DNA of 64,000 bases from an uncultured Acidiferrobacteraceae bacterium (GCA_964629975.1 CAZVUN010000001.1:10846-74845), one strand, 5' to 3'; positions 35,702-45,921 are shown, counted from the first letter of the stretch. Translations and numbers: made by a program. Notes: generated from the sequence alone by a model not told the origin.

Positions 35702-36289
35702 ATGCCCCGCTTCCTCCGCTCGATCCTGCCGTACGCCGCCGGCGTGTGGCTGCTCACCGCCGCCCCCGGGGCGCAGGCGTTCTACTGCGGCGAGCAGCTC
35801 ATCGAGATCGGCGCGCCGGAGGAGGCGGTGCTGCGCAAATGCGGCGCGCCCGATCACAGCGAGGCGTGGGAGGAGGAGTGGCTGCAGAAGGCCGGCGACG
35901 CCTTCGAACGCAGCGTCAGCGTGCCGTTTGCCGAGTGGATCTACGACAGCGGTGCCAACCGCCTGCTGCGCGTGCTGCTGTTTCGCGACGGCGTGCTCAC
36001 GCACATCGAGTCGCGCACCTACGCACCGGGCAGTGGCGCGGAGTGCAGCGCGCGCATCATCGAGGTCGGCGAGACCAAGTACGAGGTGCTGCGCAAGTGC
36101 GGGCAGCCGACGGCGCGCAAGCAGGTGACCGAGAAGCACCTGGACCCGCTCGATCCGGTCAACCGGCGGCGTTATCCGGTCACCACCGAGCGCTGGACCT
36201 ACCGCAGCCAGGGCGAGGCGCTGCCGCGCGTGATCGTGTTCCGCAACCGGCGCGTGATCGAGGTCGAGGTCGGCGCCACCAGCCCCTGA
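35702..36289 (+). CDS. secreted DUF2845-like protein (two internal repeats)
   Basis: Signal peptide, then two repeats of the pattern C-x-(I/L)IE(I/V)G-x(5,6)-VLRKCG-x-P. Confidence 0.55.
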   Translation: MPRFLRSILPYAAGVWLLTAAPGAQAFYCGEQLIEIGAPEEAVLRKCGAPDHSEAWEEEWLQKAGDAFERSVSVPFAEWIYDSGANRLLRVLLFRDGVLTHIESRTYAPGSGAECSARIIEVGETKYEVLRKCGQPTARKQVTEKHLDPLDPVNRRRYPVTTERWTYRSQGEALPRVIVFRNRRVIEVEVGATSP

Positions 36290-36305
36290 CGCGACGCCCG
36301 GGCGA

Positions 36306-37061
36306 TCAGACGTAGATCATCTTGCGCGTCATGCCGCCATCGAGCGTGAAATTGGCGCCGGTCACGAAGCCGGCGTCTTGCGACAGCAGATAGGCGACGC
36401 ACGCCGCCACGTCTTCCGGCCGGCCCACGCGCCCCACCGGATGCTGCGCGTGATCGGCCGCCGACAGCGCGGCCGGTTGCGCGAGGCGCCGCTTCTTCCA
36501 CGCCGACACGTCGATCCAGCCGGGGCTCACGCAGTTGACGCGCACCTCCGGCCCCAGGCTCACGGCGAGCGCGTGGGTGAGTGCCACGAGACCGCCCTTC
36601 GAGGCGGAATAGGCCTCGGTGTTGGCCTCGGACATGAGCGCCCGCGTCGAGGCGATGTTGACGATGGCACCGCGCGTGGCGCGCAGGTGCGGCGCCGCGT
36701 GCTTGGCGCACAGCATCGCGCCGGTGAGATTGACGCCGAGCACGCGGTTCCAGTCGGCAAGGGCGAGCTCGGCGAGCGGCACGTTGTGGCCGATGCCGGC
36801 GTCGTTGACGAGCCCGTCCAGCCGGCCGAACTCCGCGAGCGCGCGGCCGATCGCGGCGTGCACCTGGAACTCGTCGGCGACGTTGGTGCGCTGAAAGCGC
36901 ACCGCGCCGAGCGCGGCGTACTCGGCCTCGGTCTCGCGCCCGGCCTCATCGTCGATCTCCGCAATCACCACCGCCCAGCCATCGCGCAGCAGGCGCTGGG
37001 CGATGGCCTTGCCGATGCCCTGCCCGCCCCCGGTGATGAGCGCGACCCGGCGCGTATCCAT
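36306..37061 (-). CDS. SDR family oxidoreductase
   Basis: TGGGQGIG cofactor motif, NDAG, and YSASK catalytic motif. Confidence 0.9.
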   Translation of the reverse strand: MDTRRVALITGGGQGIGKAIAQRLLRDGWAVVIAEIDDEAGRETEAEYAALGAVRFQRTNVADEFQVHAAIGRALAEFGRLDGLVNDAGIGHNVPLAELALADWNRVLGVNLTGAMLCAKHAAPHLRATRGAIVNIASTRALMSEANTEAYSASKGGLVALTHALAVSLGPEVRVNCVSPGWIDVSAWKKRRLAQPAALSAADHAQHPVGRVGRPEDVAACVAYLLSQDAGFVTGANFTLDGGMTRKMIYV

Positions 37062-37067
37062 CGACGG

Positions 37068-38423
37068 TCAGGCCGCCACCTTCGGCAGGTGCTTGATCGA
37101 CTCCTCGATTGCCGCCTGCGGGTACTCGTAGTCCTCGAGTTGGCCGGCGAAGTACTTGTCGTACGCCGCCATGTCGAAGTGCCCGTGGCCGGAGAGATTG
37201 AACAGGATCACGCGCGGCTCGCCCGACTGCCTGGCGACGAGCGCCTCGTCGATCGCGGCGCGCACGGCGTGGCACGATTCCGGCGCCGGGATGATGCCCT
37301 CGGCGCGCGCGAACTGCACGCCGGCCTCGAAGGTCGGCAACTGCTTCACCGCCACCGCCTCGATCAGACCCTCGTGCACCAGCTGCGACACGAGCGGCGA
37401 GTCACCGTGGTAGCGCAGCCCGCCGGCGTGGATGCCGGGCGGCATGAAGTCGTGGCCGAGCGTGTACATCTTCATGAGCGGTGTGTGCCCGACGGCATCG
37501 CCGAAATCGTAGGCGTACACGCCCTTGGTGAGCGTCGGGCAGGAGGCCGGCTCCACCGCCACCAGCCGCACCTTCTTGCCAGCGGCCTTGTCGGCGAAGA
37601 ACGGAAAGGCGATGCCGCCGAAATTCGAGCCGCCCCCGCAGCAACCGATCACGACGTCCGGGTAGTCGCCGACCTTGGCCAGCTGCTGCTTCGCCTCCAG
37701 CCCGATGATGGTCTGGTGATGCACAACGTGATTGAGCACCGAGCCGAGGGCGTAGTTCGTGTCCTTGCGCGTGGCCGCCTCCTCCACCGCCTCGGAGATC
37801 GCGATGCCGAGCGAGCCGGGGCAGTTCGGGTCCTGCGCCAGCATCCTGCGTCCGGCCTCGGTGAGATTGGTCGGGCTCGCCAGCACCTCCGCGCCCCAGG
37901 TCTGCATCATCGAGCGGCGGAACGGCTTCTGCTCATAGCTCACCTTGACCATGTACACGCGCACCTGGATGCCGAACATCTGCCCGGCGAGCGCGAGCGA
38001 GGAGCCCCACTGCCCGGCACCGGTCTCGGTGGTGAGGCGGTGAATGCCGGCCTGCTGGTTGTAATAGGCCTGCGCCACCGCGGTGTTGGGCTTGTGCGAG
38101 CCGGCCGGGCTCACGCCCTCGTACTTGTAATAGATCCTGGCCGGCGTGCCGAGCGCGGCCTCCAGCCGGTGCGCACGGTACAGCGGGCTCGGGCGCCACA
38201 GGCGCAGGATCTCGCGCACCGGCTCCGGGATCGGGATCCAGCGCTCGCCGCTCACCTCCTGCTCGATCAGCTGCGGCGGGAAGATCGCGCCGAGCGCCTG
38301 CGGCGGCACCGGCTTGCCGTCCGGCCCGAGCGGCGGCGCCGGAGGATGCGGCATGTCGGCGATGACGTTGTACCACTGCCTCGGGATGTCGGACTCGTCG
38401 AGCAGGATCTTGGTCTGCGCCAT
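37068..38423 (-). CDS. trpB: TrpB-like PLP-dependent enzyme (tryptophan synthase beta, TrpB2 type)
   Basis: TrpB2-type N-terminal extension ([13 protein letters not shown]), PLP lysine context GSHKPNTA, and GGGSNFGG loop. ATG 38423 with GGAGGAG. Confidence 0.88.
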   Translation of the reverse strand: MAQTKILLDESDIPRQWYNVIADMPHPPAPPLGPDGKPVPPQALGAIFPPQLIEQEVSGERWIPIPEPVREILRLWRPSPLYRAHRLEAALGTPARIYYKYEGVSPAGSHKPNTAVAQAYYNQQAGIHRLTTETGAGQWGSSLALAGQMFGIQVRVYMVKVSYEQKPFRRSMMQTWGAEVLASPTNLTEAGRRMLAQDPNCPGSLGIAISEAVEEAATRKDTNYALGSVLNHVVHHQTIIGLEAKQQLAKVGDYPDVVIGCCGGGSNFGGIAFPFFADKAAGKKVRLVAVEPASCPTLTKGVYAYDFGDAVGHTPLMKMYTLGHDFMPPGIHAGGLRYHGDSPLVSQLVHEGLIEAVAVKQLPTFEAGVQFARAEGIIPAPESCHAVRAAIDEALVARQSGEPRVILFNLSGHGHFDMAAYDKYFAGQLEDYEYPQAAIEESIKHLPKVAA

Positions 38424-38522
38424 GGGCTCCTCCGGGGGGCGGTTCATCGTTCGACGCAGCTTCTTTTCAGCCGCGATCGCTGTAGCGGGGAGCATAAATA
38501 GACGATCCGCCGCCCGCGCGAC

Positions 38523-38536
38523 TTGATTTCGGTCAA
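38523..38536. promoter_or_regulatory. near-consensus FNR box upstream of trpB2-SDR
   Basis: TTGATTTCGGTCAA (one mismatch). On the - strand exactly 22 nt lead to TATTTA (38500-38495). Confidence 0.5.
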
Positions 38537-38600
38537 CGCCGGGCAACGCCGACCGGCAAACCCGGGCCGCAGGCACCGGCCCGGATCAGCGGGGGCGGGG

Positions 38601-39476
38601 TCAGCTCACCCCGTGCTGCTTGAACCACGCCTGCATGCGCTTCCAGCCGTCCTCGGCCGGCTCCTTGCGAAAGCTCGGGCGATAGTCGGCATGGAAGGCA
38701 TGCGGCGCGTCCGGATAGATCACGATCTCGGAGCGGCTCTTCGCCGCCTTGAGATCGTCCTGGAACATCTCGACCACCTCGACCGGAATGCCCTGGTCGG
38801 CACCGCCGTACAGGCCGAGCACCGGCGGCTTGATCTCGGCGGCGAGATCGATCGGCTGCCTGGGATGGAGCTCGTCCTTGTCGCCGGTCAGCCGCCCGTA
38901 CCAGGCGACACCGGCCTTGAGCTTCGGGTTGTGCGCGGCGTACAGCCACACGATACGCCCGCCCCAGCAGAAGCCGGTGATGGCGAGCTTGTCGGCATTG
39001 CCGCCGTTCTGCGCGGCCCACGCGGCGGCCGCGTCCAGGTCGGCGAGCACCTGCGCGTCCGGAACCTTCGATACCACCTTCTCCAGGATCTCCTGCACGT
39101 TGGTCATCTTCGAGGTGTCGCCATAACGCGTGAAGGGCTCGGGGGCGAGCGCGAGATAGCCGAGCTTCGCGAGCCGCCGGCAGGTGTCCTTGATGTACTC
39201 GTGCACGCCGAAGATTTCCGACACCACCAGCACGGTCGGCAGGTTCGTGCCCTTCTGCGGCATGGCGCGGTAGGCGGGGATCTGCCCGTCCGGCACCGGA
39301 ATCTTCACCTCGCCGGCGAGCAGCCCCTTGTCATCGGTCCTGATCACGGTCTGCGCCGCGATCGGTTGCGTGGCCACGGCGAACCCGACACCGAGCACGG
39401 TCACCACGAACTCGCGGCGCGTGAACTCGGTCCGGGGCCTGGGACAAAGACTCGCCACGTCGGCTTCAATGCTCAT
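38601..39476 (-). CDS. Tat-exported dienelactone hydrolase family protein
   Basis: Twin-arginine signal TRREFVV and a DLH fold (GFCWGG nucleophile elbow, C-terminal AxHAF). Confidence 0.85.
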   Translation of the reverse strand: MSIEADVASLCPRPRTEFTRREFVVTVLGVGFAVATQPIAAQTVIRTDDKGLLAGEVKIPVPDGQIPAYRAMPQKGTNLPTVLVVSEIFGVHEYIKDTCRRLAKLGYLALAPEPFTRYGDTSKMTNVQEILEKVVSKVPDAQVLADLDAAAAWAAQNGGNADKLAITGFCWGGRIVWLYAAHNPKLKAGVAWYGRLTGDKDELHPRQPIDLAAEIKPPVLGLYGGADQGIPVEVVEMFQDDLKAAKSRSEIVIYPDAPHAFHADYRPSFRKEPAEDGWKRMQAWFKQHGVS

Positions 39477-39625
39477 GCTCTGCTCCTCGTGTGGTTCATC
39501 GGCACCGGCGCGGGACGTGGCCGGCGGGCGCATCGTACTGCCGGATCGCACCGGGCACCAAGAGGCGCGCTGTCCATACCCGCGCAATCTGTGCGATCAT
39601 GGGAAACGCGGCCGGCCACGTTGTC

Positions 39626-40240
39626 ATGAATTACCTCGCGCACGCCTTTCTGTCCCAGGAATCCAGCGATGCGCTCGCCGGCGCGCTGCTCGGCGACTTC
39701 GTCAAGGGCGCAATCGACCATCGCTACCCGCCGGCGATCCGCGGCGCGATCCGGCTGCACCGCGCGATTGACCGCTACACCGACCAGCACGCCGTCGTGG
39801 AATCGAGCCGCGCGCTGGTCAGCCGCGCGCGCCGGCGCTTCGCCGGCATCCTGGTCGATGTGTTCTACGATCACTTCCTCGCGGTGCATTGGTCGCGGTT
39901 CAGCGCCACACCGCTGCCGGCCTTCACCCGCCGGGTATATGCCGCGCTGCAGCCGCAGATCGCGAGCTATCCCGAGCGCCTGCAACGCGTCTTGCCGCAC
40001 ATGGCGCGCGAGGACTGGCTTGCCTCCTATGCCGGGCTCGACGCGGTCGACGCCGCACTGAACGGCATCGCACGGCGCTTGCACCGCTTTGCGCGCGCCC
40101 GTGTGCTCACCGACGCGGTGTGCGAGCTGCGCGACAACTACGACGACCTCGAGCGCCAGTTCCTCGCCTTCTTCCCCCAGCTCATCGAATACGCACACGC
40201 TTTCAAGGGAAACGGCGCGATGCGCGCCGCGGCGGCCTAG
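39626..40240 (+). CDS. acpH: acyl carrier protein phosphodiesterase
   Basis: MNYLAHAFLS...GDFVKG...HRAIDRYTD...DVFYDHFL parallels E. coli AcpH. Confidence 0.8.
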   Translation: MNYLAHAFLSQESSDALAGALLGDFVKGAIDHRYPPAIRGAIRLHRAIDRYTDQHAVVESSRALVSRARRRFAGILVDVFYDHFLAVHWSRFSATPLPAFTRRVYAALQPQIASYPERLQRVLPHMAREDWLASYAGLDAVDAALNGIARRLHRFARARVLTDAVCELRDNYDDLERQFLAFFPQLIEYAHAFKGNGAMRAAAA

Positions 40241-40337
40241 CCGGACACGCAACGCCGCCATAGAATGGTTCGCGCGGCGCCCGCGTCCCGGTACCGCGCC
40301 CATCCACACGCACGCGCCCGCGTGCAAGGAGTCCCGC

Positions 40338-40862
40338 ATGAACGGCACTGCCCAGACATTCGCAATCGCGCTGCTGCTGACGTCGTTTGCGACGGCGGCC
40401 GGGGAGGCCACCGTCACCATGAACAGAATCGACGCCAGCGGCGTCGGCGCCGCCATCGGCACGATCGCGCTCGCCGACAGCCCCCAGGGTCTCGTCATCA
40501 AACCGGCACTCACCGGTCTGCCGCCCGGCGATCACGGCTTTCACGTGCACGAGAACCCCGACTGCGGCGCGAAGGAGAAGGACGGCAAGAGGGTCGCCGG
40601 GCTTGCGGCCGGCGGTCACTACGATCCCACCAGGAGCGGCAAGCACGAGGGCCCCAAGGGCCACGGCCATCTCGGCGACCTGCCGGTGCTGGTGGTCGCG
40701 GCCAACGGCAGCGCCACGGCGCAGATGACCGCCCCGCGCCTCAAGCTCGCCGACCTCAAGGGCCGCTCGCTCATGATTCACGAAGGCGGCGACAACTACG
40801 CGGATCAGCCCAAGGCCCTGGGCGGCGGCGGTGGCCGCATCGCCTGCGGCCTCATCAAATAG
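40338..40862 (+). CDS. sodC: periplasmic Cu,Zn superoxide dismutase
   Basis: GFHVHENPDC, GGHYDP, GHLGDLP and GGGGGRIACG motifs with a signal peptide. Confidence 0.95.
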   Translation: MNGTAQTFAIALLLTSFATAAGEATVTMNRIDASGVGAAIGTIALADSPQGLVIKPALTGLPPGDHGFHVHENPDCGAKEKDGKRVAGLAAGGHYDPTRSGKHEGPKGHGHLGDLPVLVVAANGSATAQMTAPRLKLADLKGRSLMIHEGGDNYADQPKALGGGGGRIACGLIK

Positions 40863-40890
40863 GCCGCGCACCACGGCGCAGCGCAGCGCA

Positions 40891-40920
40891 CGGGGGTCGA
40901 TCGACCCCCGTTTGTCCTTT
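40891..40920 (+). terminator. rho-independent terminator after sodC
   Basis: Palindrome CGGGGGTCGATCGACCCCCG followed by TTTGTCCTTT. Confidence 0.7.
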
Positions 40921-40987
40921 CGGTGACCGCCGCCGGGCAGTGGCCGCGGCCGCCGCCACGGTATAGGATCGGGCCGGTCGCGTCGCC

Positions 40988-41434
40988 ATGCACCGCCACG
41001 CCGAACAACGCCTGCTGCCGTACCCGCGCGAGCAGGTCTACCGCGTCGTCGCGGACGTCGAGCGTTATCCGGAATTCGTACCGGGCTGGCGCAGCGTGCG
41101 CATTCTGCAACGCGCCGGCGAGGTTGCGGACGTCGAGCAGGCGATCGGGCTTGGCGCCTTGCGCTTTAAGTTCCAGTCGCGCGCGATCTTTAGCGCGCCC
41201 TCGAGCGTCCGCATCCAGACCGACCAGGGACCGTTCCGCGCCTTCGCGCTCACCTGGCGCTTCGAGCCGGAGCAGCCGCTCGCCTGCCGCGTGCACTTCG
41301 AGCTCGCCTTCGAGATGCGCTCGCGGCTCTTCGATCGCGCCGCCGCCGCCACCTTCGGTGAGGTCGCGCGCCAGGTAGTGAACGCCTTCGAGGAGCGCAT
41401 CCGGCGCCTGCACGGTCCGACCGCGCATGGCTAG
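40988..41434 (+). CDS. ratA: SRPBCC/START-fold protein, RatA/Coq10-like
   Basis: LLPYPREQVYRVVADVERYPEFVPGW is the polyketide_cyc2/RatA N-terminal signature; 148 aa. Confidence 0.75.
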   Translation: MHRHAEQRLLPYPREQVYRVVADVERYPEFVPGWRSVRILQRAGEVADVEQAIGLGALRFKFQSRAIFSAPSSVRIQTDQGPFRAFALTWRFEPEQPLACRVHFELAFEMRSRLFDRAAAATFGEVARQVVNAFEERIRRLHGPTAHG

Positions 41435-42354
41435 TGCGCCTGCGGCGCAACCTCGGCAAGCAGCGCGGCGCGCAGCGCCGCATCCTCCAGGCGCCCGAGA
41501 AACCACTGCAGGGCGCGCCCCTTGTGGCTGGTGCGCCAGGCAATCGACAGCGGCGAATCGCTCTGGTTTTCCACCACCTGGCGCAGCACCAGCCGCCCGG
41601 CCGCGATCTCCGCCGGCGCCATGTGCGCGGGAATGTAACCGACGCCGAGTCCGGCGGCCTGCGCGGCGATCTTGGCGCGCATGGTCGGCACCGTGAACAC
41701 GTCCTGCCCGGAGATCAGGCCGGCGGTGCGCGGCGGCAGGTTGCGCGAGCTGTCGGCGGCCGCGACCGCGCAGTACTGCATGATCTGCTCCGGGGCGAGC
41801 GGCTCGGGCAGCGCGGCGAGCGGATGATGCGGGGCAATGGCGAACACGAACCGCAGCACCCCGAGCGGGCGCGTGCTGTAGCCGCCACCGACCGGGCCCT
41901 CGCTCGGCGCGCCAATCACGAGATCGGCGCGCCCGCTCGCCAGCGCATCCCAGGTGCCGCCGAACACCTCGCTCGCCAGGCGCAGGCGCGTGCCGCACTG
42001 GCTGGCGTAGAACGCCTCGCACAGCGGGAAGAGCCGCTCGATCGGGATGACATCATCGACCGCGATGCGCAGCTCCACCTCGTAACCGGTGGCGACACGC
42101 TTGGCGCGCGCCTCGAGTTCGGCCGCCGCATCGAGCAGCCGGCGGCCCTCGCGCAGGAGCTCGCGCCCGGCCTCGGTCAACTGCGCGCGATGTCCGCTGC
42201 GGTCGAAGATCAGGATGCCGAGGTCCTCTTCGAGCTTCTGCACCGCGTAGGTGATGGCCGACGGCACCCGGTGCAGTTCCTCGGCGGCGGCCGCGAAGCT
42301 GCCCTTGCGCTCGATGGCATCCAGCACGATCAGGGCATCGAGCGTCAGGCGCAC
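41431..42354 (-). CDS. LysR family transcriptional regulator
   Basis: N-terminal HTH (LIVLDAIERKGSFAAAAEELHRVPSAITYAVQKLE) and a LysR substrate-binding domain. Confidence 0.9.
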   Translation of the reverse strand: MRLTLDALIVLDAIERKGSFAAAAEELHRVPSAITYAVQKLEEDLGILIFDRSGHRAQLTEAGRELLREGRRLLDAAAELEARAKRVATGYEVELRIAVDDVIPIERLFPLCEAFYASQCGTRLRLASEVFGGTWDALASGRADLVIGAPSEGPVGGGYSTRPLGVLRFVFAIAPHHPLAALPEPLAPEQIMQYCAVAAADSSRNLPPRTAGLISGQDVFTVPTMRAKIAAQAAGLGVGYIPAHMAPAEIAAGRLVLRQVVENQSDSPLSIAWRTSHKGRALQWFLGRLEDAALRAALLAEVAPQAH

Positions 42355-42489
42355 GGCATTGTCTCCGAGAAGTGCGGGTGATTATTCGGTGCGCGGGAAA
42401 CTACTGCAAGCGCGCTCGCGCGAAGCATCCGCCCGCATCGCGCAGGAGCACTGGCGCCTTTTGGCCGCCCTGCCGCGGCGCCGAGCCGC

Positions 42490-42876
42490 TCAGGGCGCGC
42501 CGCAGGGAAAGAGCTCGATGTCGGCCGGCTCGTGAGCCTCACGCCCGGTGAGCGCGGACAGCGACCGGCAACCCTGCGCCCAGCACAGCGTGTAGTCCCC
42601 GGCCACACCCGAATGGGCGAGGCGCAGCCGCGCCAGCGGTTCTGTGCGCGGGTGGTATTCCCAGGCGCCGGCGCGGTAACGCGTGCCCGGCGGCACTTCC
42701 ATGCCGGCGCCGCTGCCGTGCACGCGCGCGGCGAGGAGCTCGAGCCGATCCGCGCGGATCGCGTAGTCCTCTTCCCAGCGGATTCTCTCCACCGAATGGG
42801 TCCAGGCGAGCGTGAAGCGCTCGGCCGGCACGGTCGCCACCAGCAGCGATGCCACACTCAGGCACAGCCCGATCAT
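42490..42876 (-). CDS. DUF1850-family protein associated with TAXI-TRAP transporters
   Basis: FTLAWTHSVERIRWEEDY motif. The start overlaps the TRAP permease stop. Confidence 0.65.
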   Translation of the reverse strand: MIGLCLSVASLLVATVPAERFTLAWTHSVERIRWEEDYAIRADRLELLAARVHGSGAGMEVPPGTRYRAGAWEYHPRTEPLARLRLAHSGVAGDYTLCWAQGCRSLSALTGREAHEPADIELFPCGAP

Positions 42877-44939
42877 GCGCGCGGTGCGCGACTGCGCCGC
42901 CACTGCCAGAGCAGGAATGCCGCGGCCAGGGCCAAGCCGATCTCGTCGGTGATGGGCAGCGTCACCACCAGCAGGAACGCGCCTGCCGCCGCGACCATGC
43001 GCTCCGCCCAGTGGAGCGGCGCCCACAGGTAACCGATCGCGGCCGCGCCCCAGAGCCCGACCGCGAGCAGTGCCTTGGCAGTCACGTAGGCAACGGCGAG
43101 CGGGCTTGCGGTCTGCAGCAGCAGCGCCGGGTCATAGACCATCAGGTACGGCACCACGAAGCCCGCGGCCGCCAGGCGCAGGCACAGCAAGCCGATGCGC
43201 ATCGGCGGGGCCTTGGCGATGGCCGAGGCGGCAAACGCCGCAAGCGCCACCGGCGGGGTGAGGTCGGCCATGATGCCGAAGTAGAACACGAACATGTGCG
43301 AGGCGAGCAGCGGCACGCCCATCTTGAGCAGCGCCGGGGCGGCCACGGCGCTGGTGATGATGTAGTTGGGAATGGTCGGCACACCCATGCCGAGCACGAG
43401 ACTCGTGACCATGGTGAGCGCGAGCGCCGCCAGCAGGTAGCCGCCGGAGAGGTTGACGATGGTGCTGGCGATCGCGCTTGCCAGCCCGGTGAGCGTGAGG
43501 ATGCCGACGATCACGCCCACGATCGCGCACGCCACACCGATCGACACCGCGCCGAGCGCGCCCTCGATGAGCCCGCGCACCGTCACCTGCAGGGTCTCGC
43601 GCCCGCCCCTGAGAAACAGGTTGACCGCGACCAGTGCCCCGATCAACACGAACACGATGTGCACGCCGAGCCGGAAGAAGCTCGCCGCCATGACACCGAG
43701 CGCGACCCAGAACAGCACGCGCAGGCCGTAGACCCCGATGCGACCGGCGATCGGCCGCCCGAGGATGATGGCGGCGGTGAGCGCGAGCCCCATCATGCCC
43801 GCGAACAGCGGCGTAAATCCGCTGAGCAGCAGATACACGAGTGCGGCGAGCGGCACGAGCAGCGGCCACTGCTCGCGCAGGGCGCGGCGCATGTCCGGAA
43901 GCTCCGCGCGCGGCAGGCCGTGCAGCCCGACGCGCCCGGCCTCCAAGTGCACCATCCAGAATACCGTGACGAAATACAGCAGTGCCGGGATCGCCGCCGC
44001 GCGCGCAATCTCCGCGTACGGCACGTCGATGGTCTCGGCCATGATGAAGGCCACCGCCCCCATCACCGGCGGCATGATCTGCCCGCCCATACTGGAAGTG
44101 GCCTCGACCGCCCCGGCGAACTCGGCCGAATAGCCGTAGCGCTTCATGAGACCGATGGTGAACTGCCCGCCCATCACCACGTTCGCTACCCCCGAGCCGT
44201 TGATGGTGCCGAACAGCGCCGAGGAGATCACCGACACCTTGCCCGGCCCGCCGCGCTGCCGCCCGACCAGGCCGAGCGCGATGTCGTTGAAGAACTGGAT
44301 CATGCCGGCCTGCTCGAGCAGCGCCCCGAACAGGATGAACAGGAAGATGTAGGTCGCCGACACCAGGGTCGGCGTGCCGTAGATGCCCTCGGTGCCGAGG
44401 TAGAGCTGGTTCACCACCTGATCGAAACCGTAGCCGCGGTGCGCGAGCGCCCCGGGCAGGAATTCGCCCGCCAGCCCGTAGAGCACGAACGCCCCGCAGA
44501 TCATCGGCAGCGCCAGGCCCATGGCGCGGCGCGCCGCCTCGAACAGCAGCACCAGCACCGCCGTGCCGGCCACCAGGTCGACGTGGTTCGGCTCACCGGA
44601 GCGCTGGATGAGTTCGGTCTCGAATATCCAGTGATAGGTGCCGAGCGCGAAGGCGACCGCGCCGAGCAGCCAGTCGTACCACGGGATGCGTGCATGCGGG
44701 CTGCGCTTGCGTGCCGGATAGAGCACAAAGGCGAGCAGCAGCAGGAACGCGACGTGCATCGAGCGCAGCACGATGCTCGACACCGGCGAGAAGGCGGCGT
44801 TGTAGACCTGCCAGGCGCAGAAGGCGAGCGCGATGGCCCCGATCAGGCGCCGGGGAAGGCCGGGCGGGCGGCGCTGGTGCTCATACGCCCCGACCGCGAC
44901 GGCTTCGGCCGGCGGCGCGCTCTCGGCGACGGCGCTCAC
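42873..44939 (-). CDS. TRAP transporter fused permease (TAXI-type)
   Basis: 688-aa polytopic protein downstream of a TAXI solute receptor. DctQM-fusion-like. Confidence 0.88.
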   Translation of the reverse strand: MSAVAESAPPAEAVAVGAYEHQRRPPGLPRRLIGAIALAFCAWQVYNAAFSPVSSIVLRSMHVAFLLLLAFVLYPARKRSPHARIPWYDWLLGAVAFALGTYHWIFETELIQRSGEPNHVDLVAGTAVLVLLFEAARRAMGLALPMICGAFVLYGLAGEFLPGALAHRGYGFDQVVNQLYLGTEGIYGTPTLVSATYIFLFILFGALLEQAGMIQFFNDIALGLVGRQRGGPGKVSVISSALFGTINGSGVANVVMGGQFTIGLMKRYGYSAEFAGAVEATSSMGGQIMPPVMGAVAFIMAETIDVPYAEIARAAAIPALLYFVTVFWMVHLEAGRVGLHGLPRAELPDMRRALREQWPLLVPLAALVYLLLSGFTPLFAGMMGLALTAAIILGRPIAGRIGVYGLRVLFWVALGVMAASFFRLGVHIVFVLIGALVAVNLFLRGGRETLQVTVRGLIEGALGAVSIGVACAIVGVIVGILTLTGLASAIASTIVNLSGGYLLAALALTMVTSLVLGMGVPTIPNYIITSAVAAPALLKMGVPLLASHMFVFYFGIMADLTPPVALAAFAASAIAKAPPMRIGLLCLRLAAAGFVVPYLMVYDPALLLQTASPLAVAYVTAKALLAVGLWGAAAIGYLWAPLHWAERMVAAAGAFLLVVTLPITDEIGLALAAAFLLWQWRRSRAPRA

Positions 44940-44967
44940 GACGGCGCGGCGGGCGGCGACGCGCCGG

Positions 44968-45921
44968 TTACTTGATCAGGCCGACCTCGCGGTAATACTT
45001 CTCGGCGCCCGGGTGCAGCGGGATCGGCATGTCGGCCGCGGCCTTCTCGCGCTTGATGGCCTTGGCGGCGGCGTGCGCCGCCACCAGCTGGTCGAGGTTT
45101 TCATACATCGCCTTGGTCATCTTGTAGACCGTATCGGCGCTCACGCCCTCGTGGGTGACGAGGAAATTGATGACCGAGGCGGTCGGCACCTCGGCGCTCT
45201 GGCCCTTATAGGTATTGGCGGGGATGGTGCCGGCGATGTAGGCGGCATCACCGATCTTAGCAATCACCTCCGCCGGCACCGGCACGAACACCACATCGAC
45301 GCTGTTGGCGAGATCGCGCAGCGCCGGGTTGCCGAGGCCCGCCGATTGCAGGGTGACGTCGATCTGGCGGTTCTTGAGCAGCTCCACCGACTGGTCGTAG
45401 GGCAGGTACTCGACCTTGGCGAAGTCGCCGTACTTGATGCCGGCAGCGCCGAGCACCGCGCGCGCGTTGAGCTCGGTGCCGGATTTCGCCGCGCCCACCG
45501 AGATGCGCTTGCCCTTCAGATCGGCGAGCGTCCTGATGCCGGCGTCGGCGCGCGCCACGATCTGGATGTAGTTCGGATACATCGCGCTGATGCCACGCAG
45601 CTTCTTGAGCGGCTGCTTGAAGCCCGCCTCCTCGTTGCCGGCCCAGGCGAGCGACAGCGAATCGCCCAAGGTGAGCGCCACCTCGCCGCGCCCGGCCTGC
45701 AGCAGGTTCAGATTCTCGACCGAGGCCTTGGTCGCCTGCACCGAGATCTTGGCCCCGGGCAGCACCTTGCCGTAGACGTTGGACAACGCCACGCCGATCG
45801 GATAGTAAATCCCGCTGGTGCCACCGGTCAGGATATTGATGAACTGCTGGGCCAGTGCCGGCGTGGCGATCGCCACCGTGGCGGCCACTGTGATCAGGAT
45901 CTTCGCGTATCTGCGGGTCAT
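44968..45921 (-). CDS. TAXI-family TRAP transporter solute-binding protein
   Basis: Signal peptide, then ILTGGTSGIYYPIGVALS, which is the TAXI signature. GGAGGAGAG precedes ATG 45921. Confidence 0.9.
   Translation of the reverse strand: MTRRYAKILITVAATVAIATPALAQQFINILTGGTSGIYYPIGVALSNVYGKVLPGAKISVQATKASVENLNLLQAGRGEVALTLGDSLSLAWAGNEEAGFKQPLKKLRGISAMYPNYIQIVARADAGIRTLADLKGKRISVGAAKSGTELNARAVLGAAGIKYGDFAKVEYLPYDQSVELLKNRQIDVTLQSAGLGNPALRDLANSVDVVFVPVPAEVIAKIGDAAYIAGTIPANTYKGQSAEVPTASVINFLVTHEGVSADTVYKMTKAMYENLDQLVAAHAAAKAIKREKAAADMPIPLHPGAEKYYREVGLIK

Noticed and set aside
36378-38501. 707-aa plus-strand ORF opposite the SDR and trpB2 genes
   Set aside because: It spans two well-supported minus-strand genes and their 6-nt junction, so it is an antisense artefact.
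42849-44975. 708-aa plus-strand ORF opposite the TRAP permease
   Set aside because: The translation is highly charged (R/H/D/E/Q-rich), and it lies opposite a clear polytopic permease.
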